The position numbers were made by a program, and so were the translations under genes. Below, piece after piece: positions 1-8,577 of a stretch of DNA of 64,000 bases (the stretch's first letter is position 1; the number at the start of each line of letters is the position of its first letter). Source of the DNA: Catenulispora sp. (GTDB lineage Bacteria > Actinomycetota > Actinomycetes > Streptomycetales > Catenulisporaceae); NCBI GenBank assembly GCA_013362315.1, contig JABFWL010000227.1:6037-70036 (forward strand). Reading direction: 5' to 3'. The notes beneath the pieces were generated by a model. That model was not told the origin of the DNA and did not search any database. It saw only the letters and a program-made list of their open reading frames with translations.

Positions 1-2
1 AC

Positions 3-719
3 ACGCTGCGCCGCGTACGCCGCGAGGCTGCCCGAGACACCGACGTCCTGGTCATCGCAGCCGAAGGCACCGTCGAACACTGGGCCACCGTGAACGAACT
101 GCGCTACGCCTACCCCCGAGGCGAGGGCGGCACCAGCACCAGCCACCCCCTGCGACTCGGCCCCGCCGCCACCGCGAACGCCATCCTCTGCCTCACCGAA
201 CGGCGCACCAGCAGGCACTACGCCCTCACCACCGCCGACATCGCCAAGGCCCGCGCCGAACTCGCCGACCAACTCCCCGCCGACGCCGAACCCAGCTATA
301 TCGCCGACGTCCTGATCCAGCAGGTGGTGTACGGCCATTACCGGCACCTGCACCCGAGCCGCCTGCTCAACATGGACCGCATCACCGCCCTGGTCCGGGC
401 GGCGGGCATCGACGCCTACGTGGAGAACACCGGTGGCGGCTGCGCCACGATCATCGTCGGTGAAGGCAAGCTCCCCGCCACCGACGACCGCGAGAGCGGC
501 TACGACGCGATGGTGCTGGCCGGACCCGGCTGGTTCGACTGGGACACCACCCCCGCCACCGCCTACGCGTCACGCGCAGACTTCTACATCGGCCCCGACG
601 ACCTGGGCGTCAGCGACACCTGGTCCCCACCGCTGGACGGCACAATCGCCGAAGCCGAAGCCGCCAGCGCCGCCCAGATCATCGCCCTCTACAGCACGTT
701 TACACAGCCCAAGCAATGA
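3..719 (+). CDS. Hypothetical protein, 5' end probably outside the window
   Basis: Frame is open from the window edge through the 90..719 ORF; GC3-rich codons. Confidence 0.65.
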   Translation, partial: TLRRVRREAARDTDVLVIAAEGTVEHWATVNELRYAYPRGEGGTSTSHPLRLGPAATANAILCLTERRTSRHYALTTADIAKARAELADQLPADAEPSYIADVLIQQVVYGHYRHLHPSRLLNMDRITALVRAAGIDAYVENTGGGCATIIVGEGKLPATDDRESGYDAMVLAGPGWFDWDTTPATAYASRADFYIGPDDLGVSDTWSPPLDGTIAEAEAASAAQIIALYSTFTQPKQ

Positions 720-732
720 GTTAGACTTATAA
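699..732 (+). promoter_or_regulatory. Leading-region promoter/operator, copy 1 (TTTACA-17-TAGACT; CAATGAGTTAGACTTATAA at 714-732)
   Basis: Motif occurs 4 times; housekeeping-sigma-like -35/-10 with 17-nt spacing; followed by a GC hairpin (735-761) and an RBS. Confidence 0.75.
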
Positions 733-782
733 GAGTCCGGCCGGGACGGTCCCGGCCGGACCTCCACAGAGGAGTCGCAGAC

Positions 783-1292
783 ATGAGCAAGCGCTACGAG
801 ATCGGCGACACCGGCGCTGACCTGGAGGTCATCGACCCCGCTGACCCGGAGTTTTGGGACGAGATCGAGGACGCCCCCGCTGGCCGCCACGCCCTCGTCA
901 TCGGCAACCCGTGGGCCAGCGCGTACGCCATCGTCGGCAGTCACGACGAGCTGCGCCGGTTCGCCGCCGATCTGAACGGCCGCCTCACCGCCACCGACCC
1001 GACCCGCCCGAAGCTCACCGAACGCGAGCTGACGGTGTGGGTCCACACCGAGGAACTGTGGCGCGACCTGGAAGCCGCACTCGGCCTCCTCCCGCGCGAA
1101 CTCGGCGCATACAAGCCGTGGGCGCGGCTGTACCCCAAGCATGTGCGCCCAGATGTCGACCTGGACAAGGCGATCACGTGGGCGCGCGAGCACGGCATCC
1201 CCTACACCGTGCACACTTCCGTGCACCACCACGGCACCACCGGAACCGTCGACGCCGACGAATACCTCACCCTCACCGAGCCCACGCCATGA
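783..1292 (+). CDS. Hypothetical protein
   Basis: AGAGGAG RBS; ATGA overlap with the next gene. Confidence 0.75.
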   Translation: MSKRYEIGDTGADLEVIDPADPEFWDEIEDAPAGRHALVIGNPWASAYAIVGSHDELRRFAADLNGRLTATDPTRPKLTERELTVWVHTEELWRDLEAALGLLPRELGAYKPWARLYPKHVRPDVDLDKAITWAREHGIPYTVHTSVHHHGTTGTVDADEYLTLTEPTP

Positions 1293-1546
1293 CCGCCGAC
1301 GACCACGACGCGGGCCTGCGCCACATCAACGAACGCCAGCCAGGCGACCCCCGCCCCGACTACTCCTACTGCCTGCACTGCGGCCGGCTCATCTCGCGCG
1401 AGCCCGACTCCGGCACATGGACCGCCACGCAGCTCGCCGGGTTCGACCCGAACCCGCAATGCCCGAAAGCGCCCAACCCCGACGACGGGCCGATGCCCGG
1501 CCACCAGGCCAAAGACGTCATCATCCACCCCCCGAAAGAGCAGTGA
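1289..1546 (+). CDS. Small hypothetical protein with CxxC motif (CLHC)
   Basis: Start at the ATGA overlap, within the 854..1546 frame. Confidence 0.65.
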   Translation: MTADDHDAGLRHINERQPGDPRPDYSYCLHCGRLISREPDSGTWTATQLAGFDPNPQCPKAPNPDDGPMPGHQAKDVIIHPPKEQ

Positions 1547-1556
1547 GGACCCCCTG

Positions 1557-1979
1557 ATGAGCACCCCGACCACGCCCTATCAGGCCACCGCCGACCTCGC
1601 GTACGGCTACAGCCTCGGCGCGCTGCTCAGTGACCCCGACCGGCCCGGCTGGGCGCGCAACTGCACCGACAACGACCAGCTGATCGACGCCGCCACCCGG
1701 CAGCTGCTGCTCGCCGCCGACCTCGACGTCGACGGCCCCACCTGGCGCTGGCACGAGCGGCTGCAGGAGCACTGCGGCCTGACGCTGCTGACCGTCATCC
1801 GCAGCCGCGACGACCACACCTTCATCGCCGCCTGGACCCATCACGCCGACGAGCCCGCCGACCTCGACCTGCCCGCCACCGGCCCCGACGTCACCGTCCG
1901 GCTCGACGCCGCGCTGCGCATCCTCGGCGTCATCGCCACCCACCCCGCCCCGCGCTACGTCCTCATCCCCTGCAACTGA
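1557..1979 (+). CDS. Hypothetical protein
   Basis: GAGG RBS, codon bias. Confidence 0.7.
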   Translation: MSTPTTPYQATADLAYGYSLGALLSDPDRPGWARNCTDNDQLIDAATRQLLLAADLDVDGPTWRWHERLQEHCGLTLLTVIRSRDDHTFIAAWTHHADEPADLDLPATGPDVTVRLDAALRILGVIATHPAPRYVLIPCN

Positions 1980-2006
1980 CCCGCCCGTCCAGAAAGGACC
2001 GCGCCC

Positions 2007-2315
2007 ATGAAGTCGCTCGACGGCCAGGAGGCCGGCTGCACCGGCCGCCTGACCATCGACCCCGTGACCGGCATCGCCGACTGCGTGACCTGCGGCTTCC
2101 ACGGAAAGCCGCTGCTACACCTGGCCTACTCCATCGCCCGCACCGCCGGCCTCAACCCGGCCCGCGCGATCCTCTACGCCCTCACCCAGACCCGCTACCT
2201 CACCGAGGCCGCCGCCGAGCGCAAGCCGCGCGGCGACGTCGCCCGCACCCTCAACGCCACCGCGGCCGCCACCGCGGCCCGGCTGGCCCGACCCCGCGAA
2301 GGCGCACGCCGATGA
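2007..2315 (+). CDS. Small hypothetical protein with CxxC motif
   Basis: GAAAGGA RBS. Confidence 0.65.
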   Translation: MKSLDGQEAGCTGRLTIDPVTGIADCVTCGFHGKPLLHLAYSIARTAGLNPARAILYALTQTRYLTEAAAERKPRGDVARTLNATAAATAARLARPREGARR

Positions 2316-2881
2316 ACCACCGCGCTCGACCTGCCGACAACACTCGACTCTCACCGACAGGAGCAGCCCGCATGAGCACCGCACCCCAGATCCCCCCGGC
2401 CGGGATAGAGACCGCCGCCACCGGCCGCCAGCTGGAACGGGCGTACGCGTTCGCCGAATCCGCCCACAAGGCGTACGAGGCCGCCGACGAGACCCCATAC
2501 CACTCCCTGGCCCACACGATCGTCGCCGCAGTCGCCCCGATCCTCGCCCCGGTCCCCGCGCCGACCGCCGAGCCGCCAGTGCAGCGCCTCCACGTCGCGG
2601 TCGACCAGACCATCCCGCCGTCCTGGCTGGTCCAGGGCTGCACCATCGACCGATGGACCGAACCGGCCACCCGAGTCCGGCTGTCCGCCAACATGCCCTG
2701 CCACGACGACCAGCGCGTCCTGATCCCGCTCGCGCTCGTCGACGGCGGCGAAATCCTCGTCACCTGCCGCAGCTGCGCCACCGGCTACACCGTCGAGCTC
2801 GTCGACGAGGAGGACGGCGGCCACCGCGCCCGGTTCACCATCACCTACCACGAGGTCACGCTGTCCCGGAAGAAGCCATGA
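2312..2881 (+). CDS. Hypothetical protein with Cys motifs (start may be 2372)
   Basis: ATGA overlap; alternative AGGAG RBS before 2372. Confidence 0.65.
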   Translation: MNHRARPADNTRLSPTGAARMSTAPQIPPAGIETAATGRQLERAYAFAESAHKAYEAADETPYHSLAHTIVAAVAPILAPVPAPTAEPPVQRLHVAVDQTIPPSWLVQGCTIDRWTEPATRVRLSANMPCHDDQRVLIPLALVDGGEILVTCRSCATGYTVELVDEEDGGHRARFTITYHEVTLSRKKP

Positions 2882-2904
2882 CGCCGCCGCTCACCATTAC
2901 CGCA

Positions 2905-2938
2905 TTGCCGCAGCACGCTCAATGAGTTAGATTTATAA
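2905..2938 (+). promoter_or_regulatory. Leading-region promoter/operator, copy 2 (TTGCCG-17-TAGATT; CAATGAGTTAGATTTATAA at 2920-2938)
   Basis: Near-identical to copy 1; intergenic, upstream of 2981. Confidence 0.75.
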
Positions 2939-2980
2939 ACCTGGCGCTGAGACGCCGGCCTGACCTGAAGGGAACCAGCC

Positions 2981-3355
2981 ATGGCCACGCTGCAAGACCT
3001 GCTCCTCAGCTGCGAGCGGACCCACCTTCCCGTCTACGAGTACGCCAAGCACGCCGCCGCCGAAACGCTCGGCTTTGACGCCGCCACCCTCATCAGCTGG
3101 GACACCGTCGAAACCGACCACGGCCCGTACGGCGAGCGGCTCTACGGCCGCATCACCGGCGACGACGGCACCGTGACCGTCTTCTACGAGCACCCGCAGG
3201 AGCCCGGCATGCACACGATCTTCCTCAGCGTGGCGTGCGAGACCGACCCCACCTGCACCCTCGGCGCCGAAGAGATGCGCGACGTGCGCCTGGCGCTGGC
3301 GTACCTGGCCGACCCCGCGTCCGGCATCGAGGCGTTCTGCCCCGCCCACCCGTGA
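2981..3355 (+). CDS. Hypothetical protein
   Basis: GAAGGGA RBS, downstream of motif copy 2. Confidence 0.75.
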   Translation: MATLQDLLLSCERTHLPVYEYAKHAAAETLGFDAATLISWDTVETDHGPYGERLYGRITGDDGTVTVFYEHPQEPGMHTIFLSVACETDPTCTLGAEEMRDVRLALAYLADPASGIEAFCPAHP

Positions 3356-3411
3356 CCGCCGACCCGGGCGGGCCCGCCGCCCGCCCGGGACCTGACCAGC
3401 GAAGGACCAAC

Positions 3412-4029
3412 ATGGACACCGCCCGGATCCAGCTGCCCCGGCACGGGCTGCTCACCTTCACCGCCACCACCGACGCCGACCGCGGCGAGGTCACCTACCA
3501 ATTCCGGGCCCCGCACGCCGCCGGCGCACTCGTGCTCACCCCCTGCCACACCGCGCTGCAGCACAAGGAGAAGGCACTGCCCAACGGCGTGCGCATCCAG
3601 TTCGGCACCGGCGAGCGCTGGCCAGAGGACCGCCGCGCAGACCTGCCCACCATCTACGGGGTACGTCTGGTGTCTGGCGTCATCCTCGACCCATTCGAGT
3701 ACCTGTGCGGCGACGACTGGAACCGGTGGATCCGATTCCACCGTCCCACCGGCCGCCGCACCAGCTGCCCCGCACCAGACGCCACCACGAAGTACATGTC
3801 GGCGATCGTGGCCGAGGTCCTGATCGTCTGGTGCTCGCGACCCGACGTCGACCAGCTCGTGCTCGCGGTCGCCCGACGCGAGGCACCCGGGCGCCTGGCC
3901 AGCATCCGCACCGACCTCCAACGCCGCCGCGACGAGATCGCCAAGCTGGAAGCCGAGATCGCCCAACTGGAAACGCTCGCCGCCGGCATCCGCGCCGTCA
4001 CCGAAACCCCGGAGGTCAGTCACCCATGA
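3412..4029 (+). CDS. Hypothetical protein with C-terminal coiled coil
   Basis: GAAGGA RBS before ATG 3412; heptad-like tail. Confidence 0.7.
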   Translation: MDTARIQLPRHGLLTFTATTDADRGEVTYQFRAPHAAGALVLTPCHTALQHKEKALPNGVRIQFGTGERWPEDRRADLPTIYGVRLVSGVILDPFEYLCGDDWNRWIRFHRPTGRRTSCPAPDATTKYMSAIVAEVLIVWCSRPDVDQLVLAVARREAPGRLASIRTDLQRRRDEIAKLEAEIAQLETLAAGIRAVTETPEVSHP

Positions 4030-4631
4030 ACACCGCGACCGATACGCTGACCAGCGCCACCGCCCACCGGCCGCACTGGGAGCACGACGTGACCGACGAG
4101 TTTCGCACCGAGACCATCGACGGCATCGAGTGCACCGACCGCGCCGGCATCGCCGCCCTCACCGGCCTGGCCCTCAACAGCCTCAACATGAAGGCGCTCA
4201 AGGACGACGCGTTCCCCCAGCCCATCCGGGGCCAGCGCATCGGCCGCACCTTCTGGTACCCCGTCGACGCCGTCCGCGCGTACGCCCAGCACCTCGCCGA
4301 GCTCGCCGACGCGGGCAAGCCCAAGCCCGTCGCCGACGGAGACCCGGACGAACTGCTCGACCCGCCCGCGGCCGCCGACGCGATCGGCATCAACTACGAG
4401 ACATTCCGCCGCTACGTCGCGCTCTCCCGACCGTACTGGGACGGCATCGTAGAAGGCCGCCCACTGCTGCCCCGCCCCGACGTCGTGACCATCGCCGAAC
4501 GCGGCAACCTCGGCCAGCTCGGCGAGCACCGCGAATGGCGCCGGGCCACCCTCGCCGAGCACCAGGCCAGCCGCCCCGGCAGCCGCGCCACCGCCGCGGA
4601 CGGCCGCACCGGCCGCCCAGCCAACTCCTGA
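4026..4631 (+). CDS. Tandem AlpA/Xis-like winged-HTH DNA-binding protein
   Basis: Two units: RAGIAALTGLALNSL..FPQP..IGRTFWY and LLDPPAAADAIGINYETFRRY..LPRPD..EWRRATL; ATGA overlap. Confidence 0.65.
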   Translation: MNTATDTLTSATAHRPHWEHDVTDEFRTETIDGIECTDRAGIAALTGLALNSLNMKALKDDAFPQPIRGQRIGRTFWYPVDAVRAYAQHLAELADAGKPKPVADGDPDELLDPPAAADAIGINYETFRRYVALSRPYWDGIVEGRPLLPRPDVVTIAERGNLGQLGEHREWRRATLAEHQASRPGSRATAADGRTGRPANS

Positions 4632-4708
4632 CCACCACGGCGGCCGCGGGACCACCCAGCCGCCAACGCACACCGGCCCCGGCCGACAGCACCGACGACC
4701 CCGACCAC

Positions 4709-4740
4709 GACGGCCCGGCTGCGTACGCAGCCGGGCCGTC
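4709..4740. terminator. Palindromic, probably bidirectional terminator
   Basis: Perfect 32-nt palindrome between convergent genes. Confidence 0.65.
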
Positions 4741-4793
4741 TTGGTCCACAGTCAACCGGCATCGCGCAGACCGCCGGGCCGGCCTGCGCGGAG

Positions 4794-5318
4794 TCAGACG
4801 CCGAGCCCAGCGCGGCGCGCGGCGGCCAACGTGTCCTCCATGCTGCGCCGGGTCCGTGCCAGGTTGCTTTTGGCCATCTTCAGCACTTCAAGCAGGTCGG
4901 CCTTAGGCGCCGGCCGACCGCTGGAGTCCGGCCCGGCGAGCACCTGGTACGCGAGCAGATCGCCAGCGGTGACGACAGCGGCGGCCGCGGTGGTGACGGC
5001 GGGCCGGCCAGTGGCGTGCGCCAGCTCCTGGAGCTGAACGGCGGTGAGGCTGATGCGGAACTGCTGGACACGCAGGGCGTTGTCAGGGTCGTCGCCAAGC
5101 TGCTCGGCGTAGCGGGACACGAAGTCGTCGACGCGGTCACCGGGGACCTGCTGAAGGATGGCGGCTTCCAGGGACGCAGCGACCTGGCCGAGCAGGCCGG
5201 GCACGTCGCCAGCGTCGGGCGGGCCGTCCGGGAAGACGGTCGGTGTGCCGAGCAGCGCGAGGATCTGCAAGAGCGTGTCAGCGGTAAGTGAACCGCCGAG
5301 CCGGTTGGAGTCGACCAT
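4794..5318 (-). CDS. Hypothetical helical protein
   Basis: ORF with plausible codon usage; only counter-oriented gene in this region. Confidence 0.6.
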   Translation of the reverse strand: MVDSNRLGGSLTADTLLQILALLGTPTVFPDGPPDAGDVPGLLGQVAASLEAAILQQVPGDRVDDFVSRYAEQLGDDPDNALRVQQFRISLTAVQLQELAHATGRPAVTTAAAAVVTAGDLLAYQVLAGPDSSGRPAPKADLLEVLKMAKSNLARTRRSMEDTLAAARRAGLGV

Positions 5319-5376
5319 GGGCTGAGGGTAGGGGCAGCGTCCCGGGGTGCCGCGGCCGACACGGCGTGGTGTTCAC

Positions 5377-5940
5377 CGCTGGTGTGGACGGCGCGCGGAG
5401 GCCCAAGCGCCGACTTCGCGTTGGAACTACGAAGTGGACCCCGCCACAGCAGAAGATCAAAACCTTTCTTTCGCGCCTACGTCGTGGGCGCGGCCCGTAT
5501 GCTCCCGCGCGCACCGGTCCCGCCGGCAGTCGCTGCGCTCCTGAACGCCGGCACTCCCTGCCAGCTCCGCGCATCCTGGGCTTCTCAAACCGGCGCTGGC
5601 CGGCGCAGGCGTACCGGCGGCAGCTCAGAGCGGCCCCGGCGCTGGGGCGCCGGGGCGTGGAGCGGCTACGCCGCCCTCAATTCCGGGCGCTCCCCACGCG
5701 TATCAGGCCCAGTCTCCCCGTCAAGGGCACGTAGATAATCTTGGGAAGAGCGTCCAAGATTATCTACTCTTCGGCCCTTGACGGCGAGCCTCCTATGGGC
5801 CTGATAAGCGCGGTGAGGCCGCGGCGGCAGGTGCCACCGCGCCCGCTAACGCGGTGAGCGCAAACCCCCGCACCGCTCCCGCCTGCGCGTGGTTGATCTT
5901 CAAAAAAACCTAGGTCAAAAACAATGTTTTTGCTGCTCAG
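5377..5940. other. Structured non-coding region with a nested long stem-loop at 5701-5806 (candidate ssDNA origin or ssDNA promoter)
   Basis: Stems 5701-5711/5796-5806, 5718-5728/5774-5784 and 5731-5744/5754-5767; further hairpins; no credible ORF. Confidence 0.55.
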
Positions 5941-5957
5941 GCTATGTTTTAGAGGCT

Positions 5958-5976
5958 CAATGGGTTAGACTTATAA
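5958..5976 (+). promoter_or_regulatory. Leading-region motif, copy 3 (CAATGGGTTAGACTTATAA)
   Basis: Upstream of the DUF932 gene; followed by a hairpin and RBS. Confidence 0.75.
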
Positions 5977-6030
5977 GTGTCAGGGAGGGGGCCACAAGGG
6001 CCACCCCAAGACGAAAAGGAGACACCCGTC

Positions 6031-7182
6031 ATGACGACTCTCGCCACCCCCGCGCTGGAGACCCGCCACGCCGATCTGTCCAGCATGGTCGGACTGCTCG
6101 CCGAGCAGTACGCCCACCGGGTGGACCTGGTGCAGCCCGCGAGCCTCATCCACGCCAAGGGTGGCCTGATCCAGCTCGCCACGGACACGCCGCGCGTGGA
6201 GATCACCGAGCACGGCGTGACCACCCTGTCGGACCTCTACACCCCGACCGACGTCTTCCACGAGGGCATCGCCGACAAGCTCGGCATCCCGGTCGGCTAC
6301 GTCCGCCGCATGGCCGTCGAGTTCCCGGAACTGTGGGACCAGAACGTCAATGGCTGGCTGGGTATCGACGCCGACAACGCCAAGAAGTACCTGGTCCGGA
6401 CCTTCCCCGGACTGGACGGCGGCCCCGGCATCGCGCGCGCCTTCCTGTCCGACCGGTACCGCGTAATTGACAACCTCGACGTGCTCACGGCCGCCCTCTC
6501 GGGCATCGAGGCCAGCGGCATCAAGGTCGACATCACCGGATGCGACCTCACCGAACGGCGCATGTACGTGCGATTCGTCGCCCGTGACCTCGCGCTTCCG
6601 GCGAATGACTTCCTGCGCGACTACCGCGCCCCCAACGGCGACATGGGCAAGTACAACACCCTTGTCAGCGCGGGCGGCGTGATCACCAACAGCGAGTTGG
6701 GCGGCGGCGCCTACGCCATCTACCCGCGCGTTGTGGTGCAGGTCTGCGGCAACGGCATGACCGTGACAAAGGACGGCACCCGCAAGGTCCACCTTGGCGA
6801 AAAGCTGAGCCAAGGCAAGATCGACTGGTCGGCCGACACCAACAGCAAGTGGCTCGACCTGGTCAAGTCGATGACCACCGACTCGGTCGCTCACTGGCTC
6901 TCCCGCGACTACCTCTCCGCCTTCATCAACGAGGTGACCGGCCAGGCCGCCCACCGGATCGAGAACCCGGAGGAGGCCATTGAGATTGTCGGCAAGAAGC
7001 TTCGCTTCGACGACACCCAGCGCGCCGAGATCCTGCGCAGCTTCATCTACGGCGCGGACCCCACCGCCGGAGGCGTCATGCAGGCCGTGACCGCCGTCGC
7101 CCAAACCCAGGCCAGCGGGGACAAGCAGGCGGAGATGGAGTCGCGCGCCCTGGAGGCCCTGGCGATCGCCGCCCGCCTCTAA
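6031..7182 (+). CDS. DUF932-family phage/plasmid protein
   Basis: ARAFLSDRYRVIDN, ITNSELGGG and VQVCGNG motifs; AAAGGAG RBS. Confidence 0.8.
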   Translation: MTTLATPALETRHADLSSMVGLLAEQYAHRVDLVQPASLIHAKGGLIQLATDTPRVEITEHGVTTLSDLYTPTDVFHEGIADKLGIPVGYVRRMAVEFPELWDQNVNGWLGIDADNAKKYLVRTFPGLDGGPGIARAFLSDRYRVIDNLDVLTAALSGIEASGIKVDITGCDLTERRMYVRFVARDLALPANDFLRDYRAPNGDMGKYNTLVSAGGVITNSELGGGAYAIYPRVVVQVCGNGMTVTKDGTRKVHLGEKLSQGKIDWSADTNSKWLDLVKSMTTDSVAHWLSRDYLSAFINEVTGQAAHRIENPEEAIEIVGKKLRFDDTQRAEILRSFIYGADPTAGGVMQAVTAVAQTQASGDKQAEMESRALEALAIAARL

Positions 7183-7188
7183 CCCGCT

Positions 7189-7207
7189 CAATGAGTCAGA
7201 TTTATAA
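7189..7207 (+). promoter_or_regulatory. Leading-region motif, copy 4 (CAATGAGTCAGATTTATAA)
   Basis: Intergenic; followed by hairpin 7210-7237 and RBS. Confidence 0.75.
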
Positions 7208-7261
7208 CTGTGGTCCCCGCCGCAAGGCGGGGACCACCCCAACCCCCAGGAGAACCCAGCC

Positions 7262-7609
7262 ATGAGCCGCCACACCCTCACCCCCCTGGCCCCGTTCGCC
7301 AAGCACACCATCGTGATCGGTTGGGACCGCCCGCTCCGGACCTACTACGTGCAGGTGGTCAACCACAGTGCCGCCGAGACGGACGACGACACCGCCGCCC
7401 AGGACGACGCCAGCAATCCCTACATCCGGCGAGGCTGCGACTTCGAGGAGATCACCGACGCCGCCGCCGCCGTCGCGATCGTGCGCCCGTACGCCGAGAT
7501 CCCGCCCGGACTGGTCGCCCAACTCAAGACCGAGCAGGCCAACGACCCCGGTAGGGGCGTGCCGGTCTGGCAGGTGTGCGCGCACGACGAGTACGGCCGC
7601 CCTCTCTGA
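7262..7609 (+). CDS. Hypothetical protein (IGWDRPLRTYYVQV motif)
   Basis: AGGAG RBS; resembles small plasmid-borne proteins. Confidence 0.75.
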   Translation: MSRHTLTPLAPFAKHTIVIGWDRPLRTYYVQVVNHSAAETDDDTAAQDDASNPYIRRGCDFEEITDAAAAVAIVRPYAEIPPGLVAQLKTEQANDPGRGVPVWQVCAHDEYGRPL

Positions 7610-7672
7610 CCAGCTCAGCGGGTGCTGCTCCACAGGGGCGCACCCGCTCCCCTCCCCCGAAAGGACCGAGCC

Positions 7673-7981
7673 ATGTGGACCGACCTCGACCTCCCCGGCG
7701 AACCCGTCATCGAGGTGTACGCCGAATGCGGCCGCCACGGCGGACTGATGATGATGGGACACCCGGACGCCATCCCGACCGTATGGGTCGATCAGCAGAC
7801 GATGAGCCCCCTACGGCCGGATGGAACGCCGATCAAGCCCGGCCAGCCGGGCACCGTCAAGCTCCCGCTGTGCCACCCCTGCGCAGACTTTCTCACCCGC
7901 TTTCCCGAAGGCGGACCGTTGTTCACCCTCTTCCCCCGCGCCAACCGCGACGCCTTCAACCTCACGGAGCCCACGCCATGA
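7673..7981 (+). CDS. Small hypothetical protein with Cys/His motifs
   Basis: GAAAGGA RBS; ATGA overlap with the next gene. Confidence 0.65.
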   Translation: MWTDLDLPGEPVIEVYAECGRHGGLMMMGHPDAIPTVWVDQQTMSPLRPDGTPIKPGQPGTVKLPLCHPCADFLTRFPEGGPLFTLFPRANRDAFNLTEPTP

Positions 7982-8367
7982 CGACCCAGACGGCCGAGTA
8001 CCGCCACCGCCGCAGCACCGTCGTGGGCCGACAGGTCACGGCCGAAGACCCGACCACCGTGCGCATCACCGCGTGGCGCGCCGCCACCACCGGACCGACT
8101 GTCCAGGGGTACGCCGTCAGCACCGCCGCCGGGTGGCGCGCCGAAGGTGTCAAGCGCGGCCAGGCCACCCGCGCCGACCTCGGGACCTACCCGACCGAGA
8201 AGGCCGCCACCGCCGCCCTACTGCGCCACCGCTCCGGACTGGTCGACCACGAATGGACCGCCGCCCTCACCCCGATAAAGCCCGCTCGGCCTGCCGTCCC
8301 CTCGTGCACTATCTGCGGTCACGAGATGCCCACCGGCGTATGCCGCCGCACCGACTTGCACTGGTAG
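7978..8367 (+). CDS. Hypothetical protein with C-terminal zinc finger
   Basis: CTICGH..C..H tail; ATGA overlap. Confidence 0.65.
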   Translation: MTTQTAEYRHRRSTVVGRQVTAEDPTTVRITAWRAATTGPTVQGYAVSTAAGWRAEGVKRGQATRADLGTYPTEKAATAALLRHRSGLVDHEWTAALTPIKPARPAVPSCTICGHEMPTGVCRRTDLHW

Positions 8368-8398
8368 CCCGACCACCTGTAGCGCACACCACAACCAA

Positions 8399-8560
8399 CC
8401 AGAAAGGCCCTGGTCACAACGACCAGGGCCTTTCTGGCAACCCCGTCTAACAGCGCCCGCACCGTCTTCCGTGATCTTCAACCCTGAGTACCAAGGTATC
8501 TTCGATACAACGACCAAGCCCTCGCGCGGCCGCGCTGGCTCCTACCCAGGAACCAGCGCC
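8399..8560. other. Putative oriT region (17-bp perfect inverted repeat at 8399-8437, which may instead be a terminator)
   Basis: Intergenic and directly upstream of the relaxase; CCAGAAAGGCCCTGGTC-acaac-GACCAGGGCCTTTCTGG; nic site not identified. Confidence 0.45.
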
Positions 8561-8577
8561 GTAGCGGGGGATGGCGA

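Noticed and set aside
714-7207. The four 19-nt repeats as CRISPR repeats or integron attC sites
   Set aside because: They are kilobases apart, overlap -10 elements, and lack attC-like internal symmetry or a nearby integron integrase.
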